The notes: generated from the letters alone by a model not told the origin. Counted from the stretch's first letter, positions 53,974-62,817 are shown. The stretch is DNA of 64,000 nt from an uncultured Candidatus Saccharibacteria bacterium (GCA_964350935.1 CAYGLL010000005.1:1544-65543), one strand, 5' to 3'. Program-made: numbers and translations.

Positions 53974-55266
53974 TTACGAGATGCGTCCTTTTGAAAAACG
54001 GCTGAGACGCGTATACAGTTGAACCCCAAACTCAAAAAGAAGCGTCACGCTCGTAAACGACAAAACACCGACAGCGATACCACCCAGAACGTCAGAAAAC
54101 CAATGCACTCCGAGGTACATACGACTAAAACCCACCGTGAGGATGGCAAGTGTAGCGAGCGACAAAACAAGAGTTTCCGAATAGCCTTTTTTCACGCGTC
54201 GAATAAGAATATAGGCGATCAACAGAAAGAAGACCGTTGCAGTCGAAGTGTGGCCGCTGGGAAAACTATAGGAAAAAAGTCCGGGAACATTAAAGCCCGG
54301 CGGACGGGGCAACATCAAAATCTCCTTGAGCGATAAGGTCACAACGTAACCCGCGCCGCTCGTCACGAGAACGAGGAGAGACTCGAACCACCGACGCTTG
54401 AACGCCAAGAATGCGACGAGAGTGACAGTTAACACTGCGAGCGGTCCGGAGTTAAAGAAAAACGACGCGGTTAAAAAAATATAGTCGAGAACCGACACAT
54501 GAACCGCGGGCAATGAAACATACTGATAGAGAACCGTATCAACCTCCGAGAAAAAGGTTTTTGAAACCAGATCTTCAATCAACTTACCCAGAAGAAAAAC
54601 AGAAAGCACGAGCGCGGTAAACGCGTAAATCTTAAAGGATTCTATCTTTTTAAAAAGTGGGCGTAATGAACGGAAACTTAAAATGAGCAACACTCCCAGA
54701 ATAACCGCCGTGAGAAAAATGCGCCCAACCTTGGGGGCAACAAGTTCAAATCCGTAGCCAAAGAAAAACCCAATGTAGACGGTTAAAAATCCCCAAAATG
54801 CGCTTCCGGCGATTGAAAAAATGGCGAAGCGCGGAAGCTTGCAACCGACAACTCCCGCTAAAAACGGTGCGAACACCCGAACCGGAAAGATAAAGCGGCC
54901 GAGCGTCAGTGACTTCCCCGTATGATCGTGTACAAACTTTCTGACCCGTTCGATACGTGATTCTTCAACTGAAAAAATACCCGCCATGCGCACGAGAAAC
55001 GGATACCCGAGCGAGACACCGAGTCGGTATGCGGTAAAATCTCCGACAATAAGACCCGCGGTCACAATCGTCAGAACCGTTACGATGTTGAGCTCGCCTT
55101 GATTGGCAAAAAAACCTCCGACGTGCGCGACCGTGGCGCCGGGACTTATGAGTCCCAAAAAGGGAATCGACTCAAAAAATGAGGAGAAAAAAATAACCAC
55201 GTACCCCCAGGTACGGATAACCTCAAGCGGCATATGAGCCAGACTGTATCCTAGATCATGGAACAT
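53974..55266 (-). CDS. Fusion membrane protein: N-terminal DedA/SNARE-associated domain plus C-terminal PAP2 (type 2 phosphatidic-acid phosphatase) domain
   Basis: DedA region (VIFFSSFFESIPFLGLISPGATVAH...VTAGLIVGDFTAYRLG). PAP2 motifs KxxxxxxRP-like (LKEILMLPRPPG), PSGH (YSFPSGHTSTA), and SRxxxxxHxxxD (FSRMYLGVHWFSDVLGG). The start is taken at the internal Met (MFHDLGYS). The listed ORF extends further upstream into the non-coding hairpin region. Confidence 0.6.
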   Translation of the reverse strand: MFHDLGYSLAHMPLEVIRTWGYVVIFFSSFFESIPFLGLISPGATVAHVGGFFANQGELNIVTVLTIVTAGLIVGDFTAYRLGVSLGYPFLVRMAGIFSVEESRIERVRKFVHDHTGKSLTLGRFIFPVRVFAPFLAGVVGCKLPRFAIFSIAGSAFWGFLTVYIGFFFGYGFELVAPKVGRIFLTAVILGVLLILSFRSLRPLFKKIESFKIYAFTALVLSVFLLGKLIEDLVSKTFFSEVDTVLYQYVSLPAVHVSVLDYIFLTASFFFNSGPLAVLTVTLVAFLAFKRRWFESLLVLVTSGAGYVVTLSLKEILMLPRPPGFNVPGLFSYSFPSGHTSTATVFFLLIAYILIRRVKKGYSETLVLSLATLAILTVGFSRMYLGVHWFSDVLGGIAVGVLSFTSVTLLFEFGVQLYTRLSRFSKGRIS

Positions 55267-55331
55267 TAGTAAGAATTTTAACACGAAACAACAGCACACC
55301 CGCCGACAGTAAAGAATTTTCCGCAACGAGC

Positions 55332-55376
55332 GAAAAGAAAAAGTCCCACCAAGCCAATGCACAGGCTCGGTGGGAC
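55332..55376 (-). terminator. Rho-independent terminator hairpin 1 of 3 in the queA-downstream non-coding region
   Basis: Minus strand: GUCCCACCGAGCCUGUGCAUUGGCUUGGUGGGAC followed by UUUUUCUUUUCG. Confidence 0.55.
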
Positions 55377-55499
55377 AATCGACGGAGGAACTGCACTGCA
55401 CGCGCTTCGAGAAAACCTCGAAAGCAACGAGCCCATACTTTAGCAAAGGCAATTCTTTTTTGCAAGCACGAGCGGAAAAGTCTCAAAAATGGCTCAAAA

Positions 55500-55542
55500 C
55501 AAAAAGAAAAAGTCCCACTAAGCAATCCTTGCTTAGTGGGAC
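55500..55542 (-). terminator. Rho-independent terminator hairpin 2 of 3
   Basis: Minus strand: perfect GUCCCACUAAGCAA-GGA-UUGCUUAGUGGGAC followed by UUUUUCUUUUU. The stem and trailer are nearly identical to hairpin 1. Confidence 0.6.
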
Positions 55543-55660
55543 GGGCCGCGGGTAGCGATGGGGACTGGCCGAGAAAGAACAAAAATCCTTGCCTAGAGTG
55601 TAGCATGGAAAAGAACCTCAGCAAGCCAAAAAAGTGGATAACCTTCGACCGATTCTCGTT

Positions 55661-55696
55661 AAAAAAGAAAAACCCACCCAAAAAAGAAAGGGTGAG
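55661..55696 (-). terminator. Terminator-like hairpin 3 of 3 (weaker)
   Basis: Minus strand: CACCC-UUUCUUUUUU-GGGUG followed by UUUUUCUUUUUU. Short 5-bp stem. Confidence 0.3.
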
Positions 55697-55840
55697 CATG
55701 AGACGTGAACTCCCGAATGGAAAGGGTTTAGTGAATTCCGGAGAACTCAATTGACCTGAAGTTAGGATTAGACATTCACTAAAACATGCAAGCTTATAAA
55801 CAGACTAGAAAACAAAAAATAGTCGTGGGTCAATCTCATC

Positions 55841-56890
55841 CTACGAAATGAGCATCGCATCGCCAAAGGAATAGAAACGGAAATGCTTTCGTACCGCCTC
55901 ACCATACAACTCTTCAATTGAGCGGGAAACCCTTTTATATCTTAGAAAAGCATCAACTAAATAAACAAGTGACGACCCCGGCACGTGAAAGTTGGTGACA
56001 AGTGCATCAACAACACGGAAACGATAGGGATCGCGGACAAACAGTGTTGTTGATTGAGAAATAGTCTGAGAAGAACCCGAAAGAATTAGTCGTGCTGCAG
56101 ATTCAAGTGAACGCAACGCTGTGGTACCTACAGCCACTATCGGACGGCCGTCACGCTTAGCTTTACGAATTTTTAAAATAGTGGAATGAGGTATTTCAAA
56201 AAATTCAGAATGTAATTTCCCCAGAGCAAGTTCCTGCTCTCCCACCGGGGCAAACGTTCCGAGCCCCACATCAAGCGTCACGAAGGCCTTATCAATCTTC
56301 TTTTTCTTGAGATCGCGCAACACTCGCTTGGTAAAATGAAGTGACGCCGTTGGTGCTGCAGCTGAATTTCCCCGTGAAGCAAAAATACTCTGGTACTTTA
56401 CACGAAGTTTCGATTCCGAAAGTACTGTGCGCGAGAGATAGGGCGGAATAGGCGTCTTTCCGTAACGCAGTAAAAGTTCGGGAAGTTTTCGCACGGAAAA
56501 AAGAGGCTTGAGATAAAAAATGTTTTTGTCCTGCCCTACCACCTGAAACTCTTCCCATGACGGAAACTTTAGTTTCATACCAAGCGTGAGTCGTTCGCGT
56601 GCAAGTACTTTTATTGATGCGTCCCCGGGACGAAACTCATTTACCAAGAGCAGCAGGACCACCTTTCCACCCGTTGGCTTCTCCACCATGACACGCGCAG
56701 GAACCACGCGCGTATCATTGAAAACGACCAACGCACCTTGAGGAAGATGCTGCGACAGATTTTTAAAGATATCGATCGTAGCATCTTCGATACCATGTTT
56801 GATTACCATAAGCTTTGAGCTGTCACGCGGCGAAGCAGGCAGTGTGGCTATGCGCGAAACAGGTATAGTGAGAGAAAGAAGGTTATGCAT
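55841..56890 (-). CDS. queA: S-adenosylmethionine:tRNA ribosyltransferase-isomerase
   Basis: 349 aa. LVVFNDTRVVPARV matches the QueA core motif (L(L/V)VFNDT(R/K)V(I/V)PAR). The N-terminus (LPASPRDSSKLMVI) and C-terminal region (NFHVPGSSLVYLVDAF) fit QueA. Confidence 0.8.
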   Translation of the reverse strand: MHNLLSLTIPVSRIATLPASPRDSSKLMVIKHGIEDATIDIFKNLSQHLPQGALVVFNDTRVVPARVMVEKPTGGKVVLLLLVNEFRPGDASIKVLARERLTLGMKLKFPSWEEFQVVGQDKNIFYLKPLFSVRKLPELLLRYGKTPIPPYLSRTVLSESKLRVKYQSIFASRGNSAAAPTASLHFTKRVLRDLKKKKIDKAFVTLDVGLGTFAPVGEQELALGKLHSEFFEIPHSTILKIRKAKRDGRPIVAVGTTALRSLESAARLILSGSSQTISQSTTLFVRDPYRFRVVDALVTNFHVPGSSLVYLVDAFLRYKRVSRSIEELYGEAVRKHFRFYSFGDAMLIS

Positions 56891-56973
56891 GAAAAAAGTT
56901 GTACACAGCAGTAGTATACACAGATTTAAAATGTGTTGTAGAATAATCCCATTACAATTTCACTCATTATCTA

Positions 56974-57179
56974 TGGATACCATGAACAACAAGCCTCACG
57001 GCCCAACCTGTAGCTGCCCTCATCACAAGGTGATTCCGGCAACAATTATGCTGGTAGGTTTTGCAATGCTTATCGACCAACTGTCTCTCTACCACGGGCT
57101 TACGATGTGGGCGATTGCCGTCGGATTAGTGGTCACTGGTTGCGTCAAATTCTTTGAATCAAGTTGTAAGTGCTGCTAG
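56974..57179 (+). CDS. Small Cys-rich membrane protein candidate (68 aa)
   Basis: Start at MDTMNNKP (56974), or at an in-frame Met two codons later. Motifs CSCPHH and a C-terminal CKCC flank a hydrophobic helix pair (IMLVGFAMLIDQ...AIAVGLVVTGCV). A 14-bp-stem hairpin sits 20 nt downstream. Confidence 0.35.
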
Positions 57180-57199
57180 TTACTCTGCGCTAGGAAATC

Positions 57200-57245
57200 A
57201 AACAAAAACAACTCCGCGCAACACGAAGTTGTTTTTGTTTATATT
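57200..57245. terminator. Perfect 14-bp-stem hairpin (AAACAAAAACAACT-13 nt-AGTTGTTTTTGTTT)
   Basis: Lies between the plus-strand small ORF and the minus-strand small ORF. It is A/T-rich and symmetric, consistent with a bidirectional terminator. Confidence 0.45.
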
Positions 57246-57260
57246 GAACACCCTGCCTGC

Positions 57261-57449
57261 TTACTTATGCATGAGTCGCTCGGCAGCGCGATCCTGAGAT
57301 TCCTTAAGCTCGGCTACTTTTCGCGCCTCATACTCGCGCAACTCTTCAGCTTTTCGGTGTTCATACTCTTTAAGTTCTGCAGCCTTACGTTCTTCAAGTT
57401 CTCTCAAGCCTTCCGCTAAATAGGCCTGGTTTCCTTTTAGGTCTGCCAC
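57261..57449 (-). CDS. Small charged coiled-coil protein (62 aa) candidate
   Basis: Repetitive ELKEYEHRKAEELREYEARKVAELKE. It is isolated between hairpins. Could be spurious. Confidence 0.25.
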   Translation of the reverse strand: MADLKGNQAYLAEGLRELEERKAAELKEYEHRKAEELREYEARKVAELKESQDRAAERLMHK

Positions 57450-57611
57450 TTGATTTTTGTATTAGTTAGTAATTTTTCAATGCTATTTCACGTTATTACC
57501 GCCTTGTAACCCAAGCCAGGTAGTGCTGGCTACTCTTTACACAAACGAACATAATTCGACCTCTGAATAAACCCTACGCTCTCATTATGAAAATAAGATA
57601 AAAGTTTCAAC

Positions 57612-57648
57612 GAAAAACACCCCGCGCTTCGCGGGGTGTTTTTGTTTT
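57612..57648. terminator. Hairpin terminator (ACACCCCGCG-CTTC-CGCGGGGTGT) with A-run and T-run flanks
   Basis: Immediately downstream of the minus-strand gene 57658-58059. Confidence 0.55.
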
Positions 57649-57657
57649 ACTTTACGT

Positions 57658-58059
57658 TTACTGCATTTGCGGTGGCATCGATGCGGCAGGAGCCGTAGGT
57701 GCGCCGGCTTTCTTGAAGGAAACAGCGACGAGCACGATACCGAGCACGACGTGAAGCCAATGATCAGCAACGTTTGCTGTAATGAAACCGAGAAGATCAC
57801 CGCCTGCGGGAGCCGTTACAAAACCAAGCACTGCAACAATGAGATAGATAATACCGAAAACGCGCAGGCCGACATCTGATTTTGCCGGCGCCATCGTGGC
57901 GATAAGGAGAAGCACGACACCAATTATAAGATGAACCAGGTTGTGAACGAGATTTGTCTCAAAATATCCCGCAGAACCGACGATCGGATTTGCGATAAAT
58001 CCAAGAAGTCCCACAAGCACAAATACGACACCGAACACCATACTAAGTGTTTTAGCCAT
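57658..58059 (-). CDS. Small integral membrane protein, DUF4383-like internal duplication
   Basis: 133 aa with four hydrophobic helices. Repeated LLGFI(A/T)(N/A)...H(N/W)L(V/H)H(L/V)(I/V)(I/L)G(V/I)VL motif, as in the DUF4383 family. Confidence 0.5.
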   Translation of the reverse strand: MAKTLSMVFGVVFVLVGLLGFIANPIVGSAGYFETNLVHNLVHLIIGVVLLLIATMAPAKSDVGLRVFGIIYLIVAVLGFVTAPAGGDLLGFITANVADHWLHVVLGIVLVAVSFKKAGAPTAPAASMPPQMQ

Positions 58060-58137
58060 TGATTATTAATTACATTATTAAATTCTCCCTTAATGGTAGT
58101 ACGCAATATCACAATAGAAAAGCACGAACGGGGGATA

Positions 58138-58167
58138 GAAAAAGCCGGCTCAACAGAGAGCCGGCTT
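58138..58167 (-). terminator. Rho-independent terminator for gene 58199-59086
   Basis: AGCCGGCTC-AACAGAG-GAGCCGGCT preceded on the plus strand by AAAAAG (U-run on the minus strand). Confidence 0.55.
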
Positions 58168-58198
58168 AAAGAGAACAGTGGGTCGCTCCACCCTGCGA

Positions 58199-59086
58199 TC
58201 AGGTAATGCACTCCCGGTGATCAACAAGAGAGATGTAGAGGTAGAGACAGACAGCCGAGTGATCAGCGGCAAGACCAACTCCAATCTTACCTTTATGTTT
58301 TTTACGCACGTAGCGGTAGGCTTCCTCTACCTTCTGCAACAGACGTGGCCTTTTCGATTCGATCATAACCTGAAGCATTTCCTGAATGTCTCTAAATCCA
58401 TCGACAAACTGACGATTATGAAGAATGCCGGTCTCCTTTCCTTCCTGCAGTTCAATCTCCAATTCGTAGGAGTAGTATTCGAGAACGGTGAGCACTCGAT
58501 GGTTCCGTACGGGGTACTTGTCCTCAACGCCGCTCACCTTATTCCCAACCGTTTTGGCTTCAATGAGATCAAGAACATCTTCCCACGACGTATTCGCCAG
58601 AAGAAAAGAAGCCCTCTCGAAAATGAGGCTGGGATTCTCTCGTATTTCTTCAAAAAACAATACCTGGGCTGCTATGAGGGGAAAAATTGGCTCCAGAATT
58701 CCTTGGTTGATTTTTCCGCCTCGGCGATTGAACTTGCTCATAACTACGGCTTCCGTGAGGAACCTGAATGAGCCAAGCATCGTTCTTTCTCCGGCCTCTT
58801 TTCTTTGAAGGAGATACTCGACGAACCGACGAATAGGAAAGCCGCTGTTAATGCCTGCGGTCAAAAAGAATTCCAGGCGCTTCGAGTCTTTGATATCTCG
58901 ATAGCGCGTCGTGCAGCCTTTCTTACTGGCGACAGGCTCGAGCACCGAGGCAATAATGAACTTTCGCATAAGTTCATCCGCGAGCGAGTACTCGGCCCGA
59001 ATGGTTCTGATGCGCTCTCCGATTTCTGTGCCGCGCTCTGTAGAAGCAACGAGTGTTTTCATACGTTGATATGACTGTGTCAACAT
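58199..59086 (-). CDS. Hypothetical protein (295 aa)
   Basis: ORF with its own terminator. No family recognised. Confidence 0.5.
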   Translation of the reverse strand: MLTQSYQRMKTLVASTERGTEIGERIRTIRAEYSLADELMRKFIIASVLEPVASKKGCTTRYRDIKDSKRLEFFLTAGINSGFPIRRFVEYLLQRKEAGERTMLGSFRFLTEAVVMSKFNRRGGKINQGILEPIFPLIAAQVLFFEEIRENPSLIFERASFLLANTSWEDVLDLIEAKTVGNKVSGVEDKYPVRNHRVLTVLEYYSYELEIELQEGKETGILHNRQFVDGFRDIQEMLQVMIESKRPRLLQKVEEAYRYVRKKHKGKIGVGLAADHSAVCLYLYISLVDHRECIT

Positions 59087-59151
59087 TCAAAAGTCCAATA
59101 CCACGATACACTGAAATATGTACTTAGTCAATAGTAGTGGCGCCGAGATAC

Positions 59152-59183
59152 AAAAAAACCCCGTTCCGCAAAGCGGGACGGGG
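59152..59183 (-). terminator. Rho-independent terminator for gene 59193-60974
   Basis: CCCCGTTCCGC-AAA-GCGGGACGGGG with a plus-strand AAAAAAA (U-run on the minus strand). Confidence 0.55.
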
Positions 59184-59192
59184 TTGAAGAAC

Positions 59193-60974
59193 TCACTTTT
59201 TCTTTTTCTTCGTCCGCACGGTATGCGGACGTAAAAGATCGTAGACCGTTTCGTACGGAGTTGTACTCGACTTATCGTGCCGGACACGCTCAACAAAACA
59301 ATTGCTGAGACAGAACGAATCACCAAACCAGGAATGAAATCCCGCCGGGTGCGGTGACGCTCCCCACTTCAGGTCAAAGACATGAGTCTCAACAATAATG
59401 GGGTTCGTCATTCGCACCAGAAGCTGAGGCCTAACTAGTTTTTTCGACAACGCCTTAATCTGAGGCGCCTGTGAAAAATACTCGAGAAACCGGGCTTTCT
59501 TTTTTTCATCCAGATCATCAATCGCTGTAAAAAACGAAAGGTGTTCGAGGATGAAACGCTCAGCGGCTTTCGGCTTCTTAATCGACGACGCTTCGAATTC
59601 TTTCCGACGCGAATGAAAGACGTCGGTGAGCATCGTGAGTGTGTGTCCGCGAGGCAGATGCTCAAGAACTTCGGCCACATTAAGAGACATTGCTTCAGGC
59701 AGAATGAACTGCAACACCTTCGCGCCCTGCATCAGGAACACATCATGCAATGTGTAGAGATGGGTTTCGGCATGAGCTCGCTCGGCCACAAGTTCGGATA
59801 TTTCCTTCCGCAGACCATTCAAGCGATCTCGCTGGCCCTGTGTCTTGATCTGTGGACCTGACGGGTCAAGATTCGCTTTCGTCACCGAAAGGTACACGCC
59901 GAGAACCTCGTCATAAAGACCAACGAGAACACCTTTGATGTTTTCTTCCTTCTCACAACCTCTCGCCGCGTCGTGAAGATATACCCCAAGAACGGCACAG
60001 TCGATATTCTCATACTTCTTAACCTTGATGCTCCGCGGTCCGACAACAAGTACGCCTTGAGCGTCTCGCACCGACTGCGCAACACAGATTCCTTCGACTC
60101 CCTCGTCGTACTTAGCGCGAAGATACGCGGCAAGCTCGGGGTGAGTTTTGATCACTTGACGCTCAACAACCCGCGCATTCAATCCATGTTCTTCAATGAA
60201 TCCTTCGAGGAGATTCAGAAGCTCATCGATTCGTTCAATGTCCAATGGAACCCCACAGAGCGAGATCAGATGCTTCATCTGCGTCGCGCGGGATTTGTTC
60301 CATGTTGTCGGGTGAGAGATCGCAAAGAGTCCGTGAAATGAGAGCGTCATCTCAAGATCTTCGATCGGCTTTCCACCAACAAACAAAGTTTGGTCGGCCA
60401 AATATTCAGCAAGAATCTCTTTCGAGAGTCCATTCTCACTACGCTTGGGCCACACGCGTGTCCCTGGAATCCGCAGTTCGACGCGATTGAAACCGGCCAG
60501 GTGCTTATGGTGCTTATTGATAAGTTCCGCATCACCGATCATGACCGGCAGCTTCTTCAGGGTCGTCTGAAGCTCAGGAAACATCCGCAGATCATAGGGC
60601 GTAAACTGGCGGGTAAAAGCGCTCGCCTCACATTCACCACGATGAAACTGAAAACGGTAGCCGTTCTCTTTGAGTGAGCCCCGCGTATACACGCGGTGAT
60701 CACGGCGCACAAGTTCAATTCCGCCAACCGAATCAACAAATGTTGGATTGAACGAAGCGACCGGCGTTCCGATCAACGGCATCTTGCCTTCAAGATAAAC
60801 CGCGCGTTGGTACCGAATAAACTCAGCAATCTCGTCGTCTTCCGCTCCAACAAACTGCGGAACATACCGTGCAAGCTCGGCCTCAAGAAAATCTTCTCGT
60901 TCCGTTCCGTCAAATTCTCCGAACATGAGCGTCTGAACACGCAGACTCGTCTCAGGAGTTACGAACCTCGACAT
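59193..60974 (-). CDS. Hypothetical protein with possible divergent covalent-nucleotidyltransferase (ligase/capping-enzyme-like) motif series
   Basis: 593 aa. Candidate motif I KENGYR (res 102-107; KxDG is the canonical form, and KxNG occurs in tRNA ligases). Motif III-like VMIGDAELI (~144-152). Motif IV-like EGICVAQ (~292-298). Motif V-like SIKVKK (~315-320). The spacings are roughly ligase-like. Lys/Arg-rich tail. Weak, motif-only inference. Confidence 0.45.
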   Translation of the reverse strand: MSRFVTPETSLRVQTLMFGEFDGTEREDFLEAELARYVPQFVGAEDDEIAEFIRYQRAVYLEGKMPLIGTPVASFNPTFVDSVGGIELVRRDHRVYTRGSLKENGYRFQFHRGECEASAFTRQFTPYDLRMFPELQTTLKKLPVMIGDAELINKHHKHLAGFNRVELRIPGTRVWPKRSENGLSKEILAEYLADQTLFVGGKPIEDLEMTLSFHGLFAISHPTTWNKSRATQMKHLISLCGVPLDIERIDELLNLLEGFIEEHGLNARVVERQVIKTHPELAAYLRAKYDEGVEGICVAQSVRDAQGVLVVGPRSIKVKKYENIDCAVLGVYLHDAARGCEKEENIKGVLVGLYDEVLGVYLSVTKANLDPSGPQIKTQGQRDRLNGLRKEISELVAERAHAETHLYTLHDVFLMQGAKVLQFILPEAMSLNVAEVLEHLPRGHTLTMLTDVFHSRRKEFEASSIKKPKAAERFILEHLSFFTAIDDLDEKKKARFLEYFSQAPQIKALSKKLVRPQLLVRMTNPIIVETHVFDLKWGASPHPAGFHSWFGDSFCLSNCFVERVRHDKSSTTPYETVYDLLRPHTVRTKKKKK

Positions 60975-61131
60975 ACTACTTTCCTTTCTCGTTAGGGGTT
61001 TGATCTATTTTTTCTTTCAAAGAAACTACCGACGCAAACTAAGGTAAAGAGAGGGTTTTGTCAAAGAAATTCAGACAAAAAACCGACCTCACTGTTACGG
61101 GAGCCGGAATGATCTCATTATCAAAAAGTAA

Positions 61132-61344
61132 TTAGTGATCCTGTTTTCCGTAACGGATCTCACCTGCCAGCCGAACTGCTTCTACAGCCGAAATTCGTTT
61201 CTCGCGAAAATCCTCTTGAAGTTTCGTAAGGTTGGGAATCTCGGCATCATTCCTCCCCAACTGCCAACACTCGGCCTTCATCGCCTCAATGAAACCAATA
61301 GGATCGGCTGCTTCAGATTCAACTAACTCGTGACTCATGAACAC
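61132..61344 (-). CDS. Small hypothetical protein (70 aa)
   Basis: ORF downstream of a terminator-like hairpin (61355-61385). No motif. Confidence 0.3.
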   Translation of the reverse strand: MFMSHELVESEAADPIGFIEAMKAECWQLGRNDAEIPNLTKLQEDFREKRISAVEAVRLAGEIRYGKQDH

Positions 61345-61552
61345 AGTATAGCAAACAAAAAACCACCGGCCGAAGCAAGTGGTTTTAACCTTCGAACTTA
61401 TCCCTGAAAATAAAGGTTTCTTGGGGCAGACCCCTAGGAATTTGCGGAACTTGGGACTCGTCCTGAAGCGTGGCAGAGCCGCGCGGTATTAACCTTTGTT
61501 TCGTCTTCGCTCGGACGAAATGAATCCACCGAAGGATTCATTTCGCTCCTCG

Positions 61553-62011
61553 CTAGCCGAAATAAAGTTGCCAAGTGAGGTCCTCTGCTGAATTCCTCTG
61601 AAAAAATTCGAGAGCAGCATTGCGCAACTCAAGAGGCTTCCCAACAAGCGTTGTGTGGTACTGATCGACAAACTCGTTGGGACGTTCACACAAGAGTACC
61701 GCCGCGGCAATTTTGGCCAATCGGCCATAGCGCCGTTCAATCCAGGAAAAAATAATGCTTACAGGAAGCGCTTTCTCTTTCCAACCAAACGCGGTCATCG
61801 GAAGCGGAATAACGTCTTCCACTTCCTTACAGCTCCGCCACGCCTCCTCTTTGAGTTCCAGAAGTAGAGATTTTTTTACATGACCTGTTGGCGTAAGAAA
61901 TTCGGAGCCGCGTTCAGCAAGAATTTGTTCAGCCCGCAGTGCCACCTCTTCCCCTTCGTACGTGAGAATCCACTGTATGGCATTTTCAACTGTCCGGTCT
62001 TTAGTGTTCAT
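61553..62011 (-). CDS. Hypothetical protein, paralog A of a tandem pair (152 aa)
   Basis: ~50% identical to 62298-62756 (shared blocks W(I/L)(L/K)TYEGEEVA(L/N)RAEQIL.ER..EFL.P.G.VK..LL.ELKEEAWR.C.EVED.IPL.MT.F, FSW(I/L)ERRYGRLA, W.QVYF). No known family. Confidence 0.55.
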   Translation of the reverse strand: MNTKDRTVENAIQWILTYEGEEVALRAEQILAERGSEFLTPTGHVKKSLLLELKEEAWRSCKEVEDVIPLPMTAFGWKEKALPVSIIFSWIERRYGRLAKIAAAVLLCERPNEFVDQYHTTLVGKPLELRNAALEFFQRNSAEDLTWQLYFG

Positions 62012-62260
62012 AGAGAATACCTTTCTGTTTTTAGCTTACACTTTTGCAAATCTATTTCAACTCTGCGATAGAAGGGGTGCGGGAAAAACGGGAACCGGAG
62101 AAAACGAAACCGCAGCAGTATTTTTTATCATTTTACTCCGGGAATAGGAAAACACTGAGGTAGCCGAAAGAAACAAAACACTCACAAAAACCGCTGCCGC
62201 CATCTGTGATCTGCTCATAATTTTAATTGTGACCAGTGAAGATGAAGACCGAGTGAGATT

Positions 62261-62288
62261 AAAAAACCACCCTGCGGTGCGGGGTGGT
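62261..62288 (-). terminator. Rho-independent terminator for paralog B
   Basis: ACCACCC-TGCGGTGCG-GGGTGGT preceded on the plus strand by AAAAAA (U-run on the minus strand), 10 nt after the stop. Confidence 0.55.
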
Positions 62289-62297
62289 TTTGTTCAC

Positions 62298-62756
62298 CTA
62301 CATAAAGTAGACCTGCCAACCACATTCAGCAAACGAACCAACCTGAAACAACTCAAGTACTTCATCGCGAAGACCGAGCGGATCGGTAACGAAAGAGGTG
62401 TCCCTCTTTAAAACAAACTCCTGAGCAGGCTCGGAGAGAATAATGGCTGCGGCTACAATGGCCAACCGGCCGTAACGTCGTTCGAGCCAGGAAAACACAG
62501 CGTTAAGTGGTAGTCCGTCTCTCTCTGCAAAAAAAGTGGTCATCGAAAGAGGTATACGATCTTCAACCTCCGTGCATGTTCGCCAGGCCTCTTCCTTGAG
62601 CTCCACAAGCAGCCCTTCCTTAACTGAGCCATCAGGGGCCAAAAACTCACCAGCCCGTTCGCAGAGTATCTGCTCTGCCCTATTCGCCACCTCCTCACCT
62701 TCATATGTTTTGATCCAGTGAAGTGCGGCCTCAACCGTTGTTAGTATCGTATTCAT
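62298..62756 (-). CDS. Hypothetical protein, paralog B of a tandem pair (152 aa)
   Basis: See paralog A. Identical length, collinear conserved blocks. Confidence 0.55.
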   Translation of the reverse strand: MNTILTTVEAALHWIKTYEGEEVANRAEQILCERAGEFLAPDGSVKEGLLVELKEEAWRTCTEVEDRIPLSMTTFFAERDGLPLNAVFSWLERRYGRLAIVAAAIILSEPAQEFVLKRDTSFVTDPLGLRDEVLELFQVGSFAECGWQVYFM

Positions 62757-62817
62757 AGAACCTATCTTTCTATCTACAAACTACACGCTTCTGAAACTAT
62801 TTCAACCATAGCACCAC

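Noticed and set aside
55256-55750. 164-aa minus-strand ORF spanning the queA-downstream spacer
   Set aside because: It runs straight through three terminator hairpins with U-tracts. Its sequence is Phe/Leu/Ser/Arg-biased low-complexity typical of translated A/T-run DNA. The upstream DedA-PAP2 gene has a better internal start.
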